Program-made: the position numbers and the translations under genes
Notes under the pieces: generated by a model
Told to the model about the DNA's origin: nothing
Databases searched by the model: none
What the model saw: only the letters and a program-made list of their open reading frames with translations
Source of the DNA: Candidatus Thorarchaeota archaeon
Lineage (GTDB): Archaea; Asgardarchaeota; Thorarchaeia; Thorarchaeales; Thorarchaeaceae
Direction: 5' to 3'
NCBI GenBank assembly: GCA_003345595.1
Contig: PRDI01000058.1
Location: 15,983-79,982 of the forward strand
DNA length: 64,000 nucleotides
Shown: positions 45,813 through 54,578 of the stretch, in pieces
Numbering within the stretch: the first letter of the stretch is position 1
Layout: each line of letters opens with the position of its first letter

Positions 45813-46847
45813 ATGTCAGATTCGAGAGTTCTACTCAGCATTGAGAACCTCAAGAAATACTTCCCGCTGACAGGAGGAGTATTCAGAAAGGTCATAGGTA
45901 TGGTACACGCTGTCGATGATGTTACTTTGGACATATATCGCGGGGAAACCATAGGCGTGGTCGGTGAGTCGGGATGTGGAAAGACGACACTGGGCAGGAC
46001 AATCCTTAGACTGCTTGATGCGACCGCCGGGAAGATTACTTTCATGGGCAGAGACATAACGCATGTCAAAGGGTCCGATCTTCGCGCAATAAGACGTGAG
46101 ATGCAGATAGTCTTCCAAGACCCGATGGCCTCTCTTGATCCTCGAGTAACAATAAAGAACAGTGTTGGGGAACCTCTGCTGATAAATGGCGTTGCTCGAG
46201 GACCGAGGATGCGGGCCATGGTCCTGGATTTGCTTCAAAAGGTTGGTCTGACTGAAGACCATCTCAATCGGTTCCCACACGAGTTCAGCGGTGGTCAGAG
46301 ACAGAGGATATGCATAGCCCGTACTCTGGCACTGAATCCAAAGTTCGTCGTGATGGATGAGCCCACGTCGAGCACAGACGTATCCGTGCAGGCCCAGACA
46401 CTCAACCTCATGAAGGACCTTCAGGACGAGTTTGGTCTCACGTACATGTTCATCAGCCACAATCTGAGCGTCGTGAAGCACATGAGTGACCGACTTGCGG
46501 TCATGTACTTGGGGAAGATTGTCGAGCTGACTCCAGAAGACATCTTCCGGAAACCGCTGCATCCCTACACGTTCGCATTGGTGTCTGCGGTTCCAGTCCC
46601 AGACCCTCGATTCTCCGGCAGAGCAGTGATACTGAGCGGCGAGGTCCCCAGCCCTATCAACCCGCCGACAGGCTGCCGCTTCCATCCAAGATGCATCTTC
46701 GCGCAGGAAATCTGTAGCTCGGAGGAGCCGCTACTGAGAGATATGGGCGACGGCCATCTTGTTGCCTGCCACTTTGCCGGAGAGTTGGACTTCGGCAGAA
46801 GTGCTCAAATGGAGTATGCTCGGGCCGCAGAGGCAGAGGCCAGCTAG
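45813..46847 (+). CDS. dppF: Peptide ABC transporter ATP-binding protein (DppF/OppF)
   Basis: GESGCGKT, FPHEFSGGQRQR, MDEPTS, GCRFHPRC, VACH. Confidence 0.95.
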   Translation: MSDSRVLLSIENLKKYFPLTGGVFRKVIGMVHAVDDVTLDIYRGETIGVVGESGCGKTTLGRTILRLLDATAGKITFMGRDITHVKGSDLRAIRREMQIVFQDPMASLDPRVTIKNSVGEPLLINGVARGPRMRAMVLDLLQKVGLTEDHLNRFPHEFSGGQRQRICIARTLALNPKFVVMDEPTSSTDVSVQAQTLNLMKDLQDEFGLTYMFISHNLSVVKHMSDRLAVMYLGKIVELTPEDIFRKPLHPYTFALVSAVPVPDPRFSGRAVILSGEVPSPINPPTGCRFHPRCIFAQEICSSEEPLLRDMGDGHLVACHFAGELDFGRSAQMEYARAAEAEAS

Positions 46848-46899
46848 TTGTTGCGAACTGTTCTCGTCAACAGCTCGGATGGCTTTACGACAAAAGTGA

Positions 46900-47136
46900 G
46901 TGCTTAACATGAGCGAAGAAACCAGACCAGACCACGAGGAGCCCGTAAGCTCAGACGATGCTGATGTAGACTGGAAAGGCATTGCCTTTCGGCAAGAGTC
47001 TGGAACTGAGTACGCGCACCTTGACGCCAAGGACTACGTAGCTTTGTTCATCGCCTCATTGGAAACTATTTTCCTGCCGCTTGTCATCCTTGCCATCCTG
47101 CTCCTCGTTCTTGGAGCAGTCTTCATCTTCATATGA
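46900..47136 (+). CDS. Small membrane protein at the end of the dpp operon
   Basis: Acidic N-terminus then LDAKDYVALFIASLETIFLPLVIL hydrophobic hairpin. Confidence 0.65.
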   Translation: MLNMSEETRPDHEEPVSSDDADVDWKGIAFRQESGTEYAHLDAKDYVALFIASLETIFLPLVILAILLLVLGAVFIFI

Positions 47137-47160
47137 TCCGGAGAATCTGGTGGTGGCTTA

Positions 47161-47505
47161 TTGCCCGGGCGATATCAGTTCATTCTTGAGGCCATAGCGA
47201 TATCTTCAGTCATTGTCGTGGTTGACTTGCTCTTCGCCCTCTTGATACTAATCGGCCTTGCGGGAGCGTCACTGTTTCTCGTGGTTTCTAATGCTCTCAC
47301 GATTGAATTCGGTGCCATGCTTATTATCGGAGGCTGCCTGATGGCTCGACAACCGCTCGTGGACGAAAAGCGTTACGACAGTGCTGGCAAGCCTACTGCA
47401 GCTTGGAGATTTGCCTTGTTGGGCAAGCAGGTGCTGTTGTCTTCCATCTTCCTGCTCTTGTTTGGTCTCTTGTTTGCGCTGGCTCAGGTCGGTCTTGGAA
47501 TATGA
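47161..47505 (+). CDS. Hypothetical membrane protein (about 3 TM)
   Basis: Three hydrophobic segments; co-oriented with the operon. Confidence 0.65.
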   Translation: MPGRYQFILEAIAISSVIVVVDLLFALLILIGLAGASLFLVVSNALTIEFGAMLIIGGCLMARQPLVDEKRYDSAGKPTAAWRFALLGKQVLLSSIFLLLFGLLFALAQVGLGI

Positions 47506-47662
47506 CTTGAGGAAGAAGCGATAGCCTGTGTCAGGTGTCTTCGGATCTTATGGATTGCAGTCGAGCTTAGGTTTTGGCAGCAGGTCTCTGATTGCATCAG
47601 TGTTCCCTGCAGTGCTTTCTCCTCTTCTTGCCTTCTCTACTTACTATGTTCGGGTTTCTTGG

Positions 47663-48433
47663 TCAGCTCTCTTTGGGCTCAGGCTCACGTCTTCTTTTGA
47701 GAGCTGATATCAGCGTTTTGGGGAATACGTAGAAGATGAGGGATGCGACAAGGGCTACATACAGAAAAGCAAGAAGAAGGGAAGCGTCTGCGATCGCAGT
47801 GGCGGGATAAAGAATCAGATACGCTGTTAGGATGGCAACGACGGCAGCAATGCCTTGAAACAACATGTCACCGAAGGGAGCCACGATTATGAACAGAAAC
47901 CCTGCAGTCAGTGAAACCAGTGTCCATCTCGTTACACTCGCGTTTGCCAGTCGAACGCATGCGTAGTCCTCTCGAGTGAGAGCCCGAAGCTCCTGTTTCT
48001 CCACAGCCGTAAGAAGGGCTTCCGACGTACGTGGTTCGTCTGGTCCGACAGCTACTAGCATAGCGGCAAGAAACACAAGTACTGCTCCGCCGAACGCGGC
48101 AATAGAAAAGACAAAGAATGCACTGGTCGCAAGCGTAGTGAGTGTAAGAGCAAGACCCAGTAGAATTACAGTCTGAAGCGTGTTGTCTGCAAGCCGCTGT
48201 TGTAGAACAGCGCCAAGCCTACTGTGGCTACGCATGACCAAGTTGTCAATCAGCCACGTTCTTGAGTAGCACGCCGCTGTAACGGATGTGGTCGACGTCT
48301 TCTGTTCGCTGGCGTCAAAGGTGTACGTCATTCTGTCTTCAAGGACCCTGTACTTCTGAGTGCGCTTAGCACGCCAAACGGACAACGCTACAATGGACAG
48401 TCCAGATGCGAATAATGCCAGGATCGTTTCCAA
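47663..48433 (-). CDS. Hypothetical multi-pass membrane protein
   Basis: Long ORF with 5-6 hydrophobic segments. Confidence 0.7.
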   Translation of the reverse strand: METILALFASGLSIVALSVWRAKRTQKYRVLEDRMTYTFDASEQKTSTTSVTAACYSRTWLIDNLVMRSHSRLGAVLQQRLADNTLQTVILLGLALTLTTLATSAFFVFSIAAFGGAVLVFLAAMLVAVGPDEPRTSEALLTAVEKQELRALTREDYACVRLANASVTRWTLVSLTAGFLFIIVAPFGDMLFQGIAAVVAILTAYLILYPATAIADASLLLAFLYVALVASLIFYVFPKTLISALKRRREPEPKES

Positions 48434-48476
48434 AGTTGCTCATCCACCATATGCTTCAATGCCGTGATATGCCTCG

Positions 48477-49394
48477 TCAAAGACTCGCAACAGGTCGAGG
48501 GCCTCCTCCCATTAGTTCTACGCATTCCTTGATACTATTCAGCCACACATGGAAGGCAAGTACATCCGACGAAACTGAATCTTCCGGGAAGGGTTTGCCC
48601 AAGAAGATCCTGACATGCCCTCGGAGGGCCAGCTTCCTTCTGTTCCCAACCTTAAGCAGTACGCTAGCACCGTCTGCCTCCAGTCTGAGGCCATGTTCAT
48701 AGAACACCTTGGGACTCTCTGAGAACGAGTAGTCCAGAGTCTTTTCCGGGACCGGATACAAGTGACAATCTGATTCATTGGTCGCCATCTTGATGGAGAG
48801 CTCCTGCAGCTCATACTGCGGAACTCTATTTGTGTCTCCTAGGGTTCCTGGGATAAGTATTGGTCTCATGCCGGCAAGCCTCCGGACTATGCGTGCTTCG
48901 ACCAAGCCGCAGTAGTTTCCTCCTTGTCCTGAGAGAAACATCGTGGATTCTCTCTCGTCGACAGAAAGGCCACTAATGTCACCTTCGGCCCGACGAGCGC
49001 CCAAAGGGTTCGCCTTGGAGATTGCCGCTGGCTCCCAGTGGAACCATGGTATAGTCGCCATCGGAAGCATTCTATCAGCATAGTCCGATTTCTTCTGCAT
49101 GAGTTTCCATGTTTCATCGTTGAGAACGAAGAGCGACATCGAGATTGGCTGGAAGTGCTTTGTGCGCTCCTTCACGTACTCAAACAGTCGACTGCGATCA
49201 GGCAACAAATCGTGAACCACGTCAGAGATCTGTGCAACAAGGAGAGATACCCTTGACTCTGTTTCCAGCTGCGTTTCTTGTTGCCTATTGAGTCTGATCT
49301 GTGCTCCAGTCTCTTTCTCAAAGGACTTGATGGCCTGTTTGTGAAACGCGTATCTTGTCGACACAGTTGATGCCAGTTCTCCTTCATCCTGCAA
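48477..49394 (-). CDS. Hypothetical soluble protein
   Basis: 305-aa ORF with normal globular composition; no motif recognised. Confidence 0.65.
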   Translation of the reverse strand: MQDEGELASTVSTRYAFHKQAIKSFEKETGAQIRLNRQQETQLETESRVSLLVAQISDVVHDLLPDRSRLFEYVKERTKHFQPISMSLFVLNDETWKLMQKKSDYADRMLPMATIPWFHWEPAAISKANPLGARRAEGDISGLSVDERESTMFLSGQGGNYCGLVEARIVRRLAGMRPILIPGTLGDTNRVPQYELQELSIKMATNESDCHLYPVPEKTLDYSFSESPKVFYEHGLRLEADGASVLLKVGNRRKLALRGHVRIFLGKPFPEDSVSSDVLAFHVWLNSIKECVELMGGGPRPVASL

Positions 49395-49487
49395 CCCAAC
49401 ACAGTGTCCGGCTCGTCTTTAGGTTGAAAGAGGCGGCTCGACTGTGTCTAGACCCACTTCAAGGCCATATCGGGATAGCTTGAAAAA

Positions 49488-50411
49488 GTGTTTGCAGCCT
49501 GCAAAGCTGAATCACTCTTGACAAAGTCTCTTGTTCTGAAACTGAATGATGAACGCCTTGACGACTGGGTACGAGTCTTGAACGCAAGCTCACGGAAGCA
49601 CCAAGCCCACACACAGTTGTCCGTGCTCGATGTACGGAGGATCATCCACTCGGGCTTGATCGATATAGGGAGCATGTATTTGGAGCTTGAGCGAGCACTT
49701 CCTACTGCCACGGTCAGACTTCAAATCGTCGACGGCAAAAGAGCGATGCTGAATGATTTGAAGACTCTTCCGGGACGTGACGAAGCCGGCTACCTGTTAC
49801 TTGATCATATCCTGACGACCTGTAGGGAGGCGGGAGTACTCTCGGTCGTCGCTTGGGTTTCTCAAGATGATGCACACCTATCTGATATGCTTGCATCATA
49901 CACGTTTGTTCCAAGATATATTAGAACAAGAATGAGGCTTCTGTTGGCAGTCCCACCAGAGGACGTCGAGCTCGACTCGACCTACGTGGTGAAAGAAGAC
50001 TATCAGCTTCAACAAGGCGAGATCCTTCGCTGGGGCTTGGGACCCAGAGCCTACGGAGAAGGCCTGGCAGAGCTGACAGACATGCTCGAGAGGAGATGGA
50101 GGCCATCGGTCACTGCACGATGGAAAGGGCAGGATGAGCCGGCTCTTGTTGGCTGTGTGTCAGATTCAAATACAAAACTGGGCTGGGTACAGGTGAAAGA
50201 ACATCGTATGTCGCATGCCGTTCATTCCTTGCCATCCGTGGAAATGGTGAAACGTTTACTCCTCATCATGTATGAGCAAGGAGTTCGCGAAGTCTTGTGC
50301 GAAACCGATGCGGCTGTCAGTTCCCAGGGTCCCTTCACCAAGATTGGGTTTCATACAGACACGCTGTACTTCGAGTTCCTGTTGTCGATGGCGCACGATC
50401 ACTCATCGTGA
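49488..50411 (+). CDS. GNAT-fold protein, probably tandem GNAT
   Basis: GNAT-like elements: GYLLLDHILTTCREAGVLSVVAWV; GVREVLCET...FTKIGF. Confidence 0.6.
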   Translation: MFAACKAESLLTKSLVLKLNDERLDDWVRVLNASSRKHQAHTQLSVLDVRRIIHSGLIDIGSMYLELERALPTATVRLQIVDGKRAMLNDLKTLPGRDEAGYLLLDHILTTCREAGVLSVVAWVSQDDAHLSDMLASYTFVPRYIRTRMRLLLAVPPEDVELDSTYVVKEDYQLQQGEILRWGLGPRAYGEGLAELTDMLERRWRPSVTARWKGQDEPALVGCVSDSNTKLGWVQVKEHRMSHAVHSLPSVEMVKRLLLIMYEQGVREVLCETDAAVSSQGPFTKIGFHTDTLYFEFLLSMAHDHSS

Positions 50412-50672
50412 TTGGCGGCGAAGTCTGATTGGCGCCAACGAGAAACTGCGGACTCATTCCCTAGAAGCTCTATATGCTCGCCTGCGGCCCATCACATGCT
50501 CCAGGCCGGGAGGATGAGACACCGGAGCAGCAACAGACAAACCGTACGTATCCAAATCGAGAACATTGACCCGGTGACCTCTCCATTATCACGGACGGTG
50601 CGGAGTCCCTATCAATCCGTGACATGATAGGCGGAAACGGATGCTCGAATACTCACAGGATCGATGTTCTAC

Positions 50673-50694
50673 GTGAGCGCCACTTGGCGCTCAC
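50673..50694 (-). terminator. Perfect 10-bp palindrome 3 nt after the ABC ATPase stop
   Basis: GTGAGCGCCA-CT-TGGCGCTCAC. Confidence 0.5.
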
Positions 50695-50697
50695 ACC

Positions 50698-51813
50698 TTA
50701 TTCCTGCTCTATCTCACCCCATCGGTGGCACCGAATCCAGTGTTCGGGTTCGACCTCTCTGTATTCGGGGATTTCGCTGCGGCATCTGTCAACCACGAAG
50801 TCGCATCTGGGATGGAAAGGGCAGCCTCTGGGGACATCTGAGAGATCGGGCGGGTATCCTCTTATCCCCCGCAGCACAGGTCTCTTGCCTCCGGCCTTCA
50901 TTCGCATCATGGCGATTGTAGGGAAGGAAGCCATCAACCCTTTGGTGTACGGGTGGTCCGGGTGGTGGAACATCTGGACTGCAGTCCCGAATTCCATGAT
51001 TCTGCCTGCGTACATCACAGCGACCCGATCTGCAAGCTCGGCAACGACTCCCGCGTCATGGCTGATTACAAACAGCGCAACATCGAACTCGTCCCTGATC
51101 ATTCTCAGAACATTGAGTATCTGGCGCTGAATTGTTACATCTAGCGCAGACGTTGGCTCATCGGCTATCACCAGGTACGGTCCAGAGATGAGTGACATGG
51201 CTATCAGAATACGCTGTGCCTCGCCACCGCTGAAACTGCCAGGATCCATTACGAATCGAGTACCCGCATCTGCCAGGCTGACCAATCCAAGGTACTCCAG
51301 TACCTTCCTCTTGAGCTGTATCAGGCGGACGTGCTCATCATGTATCTCAACAGGTTCTCCAGTCTGCATGCCTATGCTATACATGGGGTTTAGTGCATGC
51401 CCCAAGCCTTGCGGAATCATTGACAGCTCTCTGCCCCTCAGCTTGACGAACTCCTCTTCAGGCAGCTTCGTCAGGTCCACTCCTCTGAAATAGACGCTCC
51501 CCTGAACACCTGGCCTATCTGGAGTTACGCCTTTCATACCCTTGTCGAATTCCTTCCGAAGAGTCGGGTCACCGGACGTGCCCGCAGCGTAGCGAGCAAC
51601 TCTTTCGAAGAACCCCATTATTGCTAGCGCTAGGCTTGTCTTGCCGCAGCCACTTTCCCCAAGCAGACCGACGCATTCTCCCTCTCGAACCATGAAGCTG
51701 ACATCGTCTACGGCTCTGACTAACCCCTTCTTTGAGGCATAGTATGCTTTGAGGTTCCTGACTGCGAGGATTTCGGCTTTCGGCAAAGACGCCACAATGC
51801 CTTCGGGCTTCAC
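50698..51813 (-). CDS. Orphan oligopeptide ABC transporter ATP-binding protein
   Basis: GESGCGKT, FSGGEAQR, ADEPTSALD, HPYT, GCPFHPRC, IRCH. Confidence 0.92.
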   Translation of the reverse strand: MKPEGIVASLPKAEILAVRNLKAYYASKKGLVRAVDDVSFMVREGECVGLLGESGCGKTSLALAIMGFFERVARYAAGTSGDPTLRKEFDKGMKGVTPDRPGVQGSVYFRGVDLTKLPEEEFVKLRGRELSMIPQGLGHALNPMYSIGMQTGEPVEIHDEHVRLIQLKRKVLEYLGLVSLADAGTRFVMDPGSFSGGEAQRILIAMSLISGPYLVIADEPTSALDVTIQRQILNVLRMIRDEFDVALFVISHDAGVVAELADRVAVMYAGRIMEFGTAVQMFHHPDHPYTKGLMASFPTIAMMRMKAGGKRPVLRGIRGYPPDLSDVPRGCPFHPRCDFVVDRCRSEIPEYREVEPEHWIRCHRWGEIEQE

Positions 51814-51959
51814 ACACGCGTATTAAACCCTACCACAAGAGCACACAGACCCATCGTCTTGCCTTCGTCAGGCTGTCAACCTATGACTGGAGTAGCGGTT
51901 TCGCTAGGCCGAGGTGCATGCGAACATGTTTTCTAGACTGCGCTTCTCAACGTCAAGAC

Positions 51960-52063
51960 TTAAAACGAGGTTGCTTCGCGCTCAGGGTGTCGGTCGAGGC
52001 ACCGCTGTGGGAAGCTGGCCAGTCAATCACTTGACGGCTTCACAGGGGCCTGCCAAAGCAGGT
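51960..52063 (+). promoter_or_regulatory. TATA-like box and structured 5' leader of tdh
   Basis: TTAAAA near 51960. Hairpins at 51986-52003, 52005-52045 and 52048-52063. Confidence 0.45.
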
Positions 52064-52113
52064 CTATCTCGGTGGATCTCGGTAGGCAGTTCGTGTATCA
52101 GGGGAAGTACAAA

Positions 52114-53070
52114 ATGAAACGCGTTCTAGTGACTGGCGCCTACGGCCAGATTGGAACTGAGCTTGTTGAAGCACTAAGGAATCGATACGGCGGTGAGAAT
52201 GTAATTGCCACAGGACGCAGGAAGCCGCCTGCGGTATTGACCAAGGATGGCCCCTACTACAGGCTAGACGCCCTTGATATGAATGACCTTCAGAGATTGC
52301 TCGTTGACTACAACATCGACATACTCATTCACAACGTGTCAATCCTCTCGGCCGCAGGGGAGCAGAACCCACAATTGGCGTGGGAAACAAACGTGCAAAC
52401 CTCGTATAACGTTCTTGAGGCCGCGCGTATCATCGGGCTTGACAAGGTCATGATTCCCAGTTCCATAGCCGCCTTCGGCCCTAGCACACCTAGAGAGAAC
52501 ACGCCTAATGATGTCATTATGAGACCCACCACGATTTACGGTGTGACGAAGGTCGCGATTGAGCTTCTTGGGGAGTACTACGCTCGCAAGTTCAATGTAG
52601 ACTTTCGATCTTTGCGGTATCCAGGAATCATAAGCTCAGAAGCCCTGCCCGGGGGTGGGACCACAGACTATGCTGTTGCCATCTTCTACGAGGCAATCCG
52701 GAACAAGCACTACACTAGCTTCTTAGCTAAGGACACCCGCCTGCCCATGATGTACATGCCAGACTGCCTCAAGTCAACGATCGACCTTATTGAAGCAGAC
52801 TCGAAGAAGCTTGTGCACAGGTGCTTTAATGTCACTGCAGTGAGCTTCACTCCCGAGGAACTGGCTGCCGAGATCAAGAAGGTGATTCCTGATTTTGTCT
52901 GCGACTACAAGCCTGATTTCCATCAGGCCATAGCTGACTCATGGCCGAAGTCAATAGATGACAGTGTTGCGAGGAAGGAGTGGGGATGGAAACCGGAGTA
53001 TGATCTCCCGGCTATGACCAAGGACATGATCAAGAAGCTGAAACAGAAACTGAGCATTCCCGGGAAGTAG
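52114..53070 (+). CDS. tdh: L-threonine 3-dehydrogenase (SDR/NAD-epimerase type)
   Basis: TGAYGQIG, PSSIAAFG, RPTTIYGVTK, RYPGIIS, GGGTTDYAV, LPMMYMPD. Start moved to ATG 52114. Confidence 0.9.
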   Translation: MKRVLVTGAYGQIGTELVEALRNRYGGENVIATGRRKPPAVLTKDGPYYRLDALDMNDLQRLLVDYNIDILIHNVSILSAAGEQNPQLAWETNVQTSYNVLEAARIIGLDKVMIPSSIAAFGPSTPRENTPNDVIMRPTTIYGVTKVAIELLGEYYARKFNVDFRSLRYPGIISSEALPGGGTTDYAVAIFYEAIRNKHYTSFLAKDTRLPMMYMPDCLKSTIDLIEADSKKLVHRCFNVTAVSFTPEELAAEIKKVIPDFVCDYKPDFHQAIADSWPKSIDDSVARKEWGWKPEYDLPAMTKDMIKKLKQKLSIPGK

Positions 53071-53084
53071 GTCACTGACGAGAT

Positions 53085-53121
53085 TGGGGCGGCCGTACGG
53101 TACGGCAGGCTGGCGCCCCTC
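53085..53121 (+). terminator. GC-rich hairpin after the tdh stop (copy 2 of the repeated element)
   Basis: TGGGGCGGCC...CGCCCCTC enclosing GCCGTAC-G-GTACGGC. Confidence 0.4.
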
Positions 53122-53179
53122 TCTTACGGTTTCGACATAGTTCCTCAGGGGTCATTGTCAGGAAGTCGGTCTTGAGTTT

Positions 53180-54322
53180 CTAGAAGACTTTCTTCTTGAT
53201 CTCGACGCCGCGAGCACGCATAGCATCGATGAATGGAGCCGGAGGAATTGCTTTCTCCGGTGGTAGAACACCTCTCTCATCTATCGTGCCGTCCGCCAAC
53301 ATGACGGCCGTCGCCGCAGCAGGAAAAGCAGTCGTTCTCATCATCGAGGTGAGGTCCGTCTTGTCATCATATGTGTCAATGACCTCGTACTCGATTGTCC
53401 GCGACTCCGTCCCTTTCCATCCCTCCACAGTGACGCGAATCAGTGTCGCGTCCTTTCCCGAAGCCGGTAGATTCTTCTCAAGGAGCTTCTCAAGAACTTT
53501 CCTTGGAGCTAGCTTAACGCCACCAAACTCCTGCTCACTGCTATCCATGAACCCGAGCTTATACAAGCACCACATCTTGTGTCCGTGACCGGGATATCTG
53601 AGCGTCTTGTAGTCAAGATCCTTGATTTTTCCCTGATATGTCAGTGGCAGCGTTGATGTCCCACCACTAGTGTTGAACGCTTCGAGCATCCCGAATGGTT
53701 CTGGGAACTGCACCTGTTCAAAGCCAACAAGTGGATCCTCGTATGCAATCTTCCCATTTCTGAGAACCATGCAAGGCTCAACGTATTCATTGATTAGCCC
53801 CTCAACGGAGAAGACTATGGAGTAGTTGAGTGGAGGTTGGGGTTTCTGTTGGAGCCCTCCCACCCTGATCTTGACCCGGTCAGTCCTGCTCAAGTAGTCA
53901 ACTCCATCACGGACTAGCACGTTTGTCATCCCAGGCGCGACTCCACAATCGGGAACCACCGTTATTCCCGCGGTCTTCGCCTTGTCATGAAGCTCCAACT
54001 GCTTCTCGACCACTCTGAAGTTGCCACCAAGATCACAGAGATGAACATGTGTTTCGATTGCGACCTCCGTGTGGAGCAGGTTCACAGAGTAGCTCACGCA
54101 GCTGACCACTGAGTCGACCTTGGAAAAGGCCTTGATAAGCTGGCCTCTGTCCCTCGCGTCCAGCTTCTCCGGCACAGCCTTGGGACCCACCGCCTTTGCG
54201 AGGGCTTCCGCATGTTGAAAGTCGATGTCTGCCACATGCACCTGTTCGACTTTGGGGCTTCGCACAAGGTCGTGTGCTGCTCCTTTTCCCATGAGACCAG
54301 AGCCCAAGACGAGGACCTTCAA
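53180..54322 (-). CDS. Saccharopine dehydrogenase family protein (lysine 6-dehydrogenase-like)
   Basis: VLGSGLMG, DCGVAPG, YKTLRYPGH, MMRTTAFP. Start moved to TTG 54322. Confidence 0.88.
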   Translation of the reverse strand: MKVLVLGSGLMGKGAAHDLVRSPKVEQVHVADIDFQHAEALAKAVGPKAVPEKLDARDRGQLIKAFSKVDSVVSCVSYSVNLLHTEVAIETHVHLCDLGGNFRVVEKQLELHDKAKTAGITVVPDCGVAPGMTNVLVRDGVDYLSRTDRVKIRVGGLQQKPQPPLNYSIVFSVEGLINEYVEPCMVLRNGKIAYEDPLVGFEQVQFPEPFGMLEAFNTSGGTSTLPLTYQGKIKDLDYKTLRYPGHGHKMWCLYKLGFMDSSEQEFGGVKLAPRKVLEKLLEKNLPASGKDATLIRVTVEGWKGTESRTIEYEVIDTYDDKTDLTSMMRTTAFPAAATAVMLADGTIDERGVLPPEKAIPPAPFIDAMRARGVEIKKKVF

Positions 54323-54578
54323 GTCGATCAATCCCTCGCGAATACTGCTATATATAATGGGACTCAGAGCAGAAAACAGTATCGACGGATGCATGTCGTA
54401 ATCAGGCTGGCCAGCGACATCAGTTCGTCAACGTGCCTCTCATGGGAAGATGCCGCTATCTGCCGTTTCAGTGTGTGAGCTTTGATGTGGCTCGTCAGGT
54501 TCATTATGCTGCTCATGGACCATAGTCGGAAGCCAAGACTGCTGAAGGACCAGCTGGCACTATTTGATGATGCAGGTG

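Noticed and set aside
44792-46685. Minus-strand ORFs 44792..45403 and 45831..46685
   Set aside because: Typical antisense shadows of ABC ATPase genes.
51900-52070. Glycine or lysine riboswitch upstream of tdh (GAGGTGC and CTCAGG fragments)
   Set aside because: The remaining conserved elements are absent; reported instead as an unclassified structured leader.
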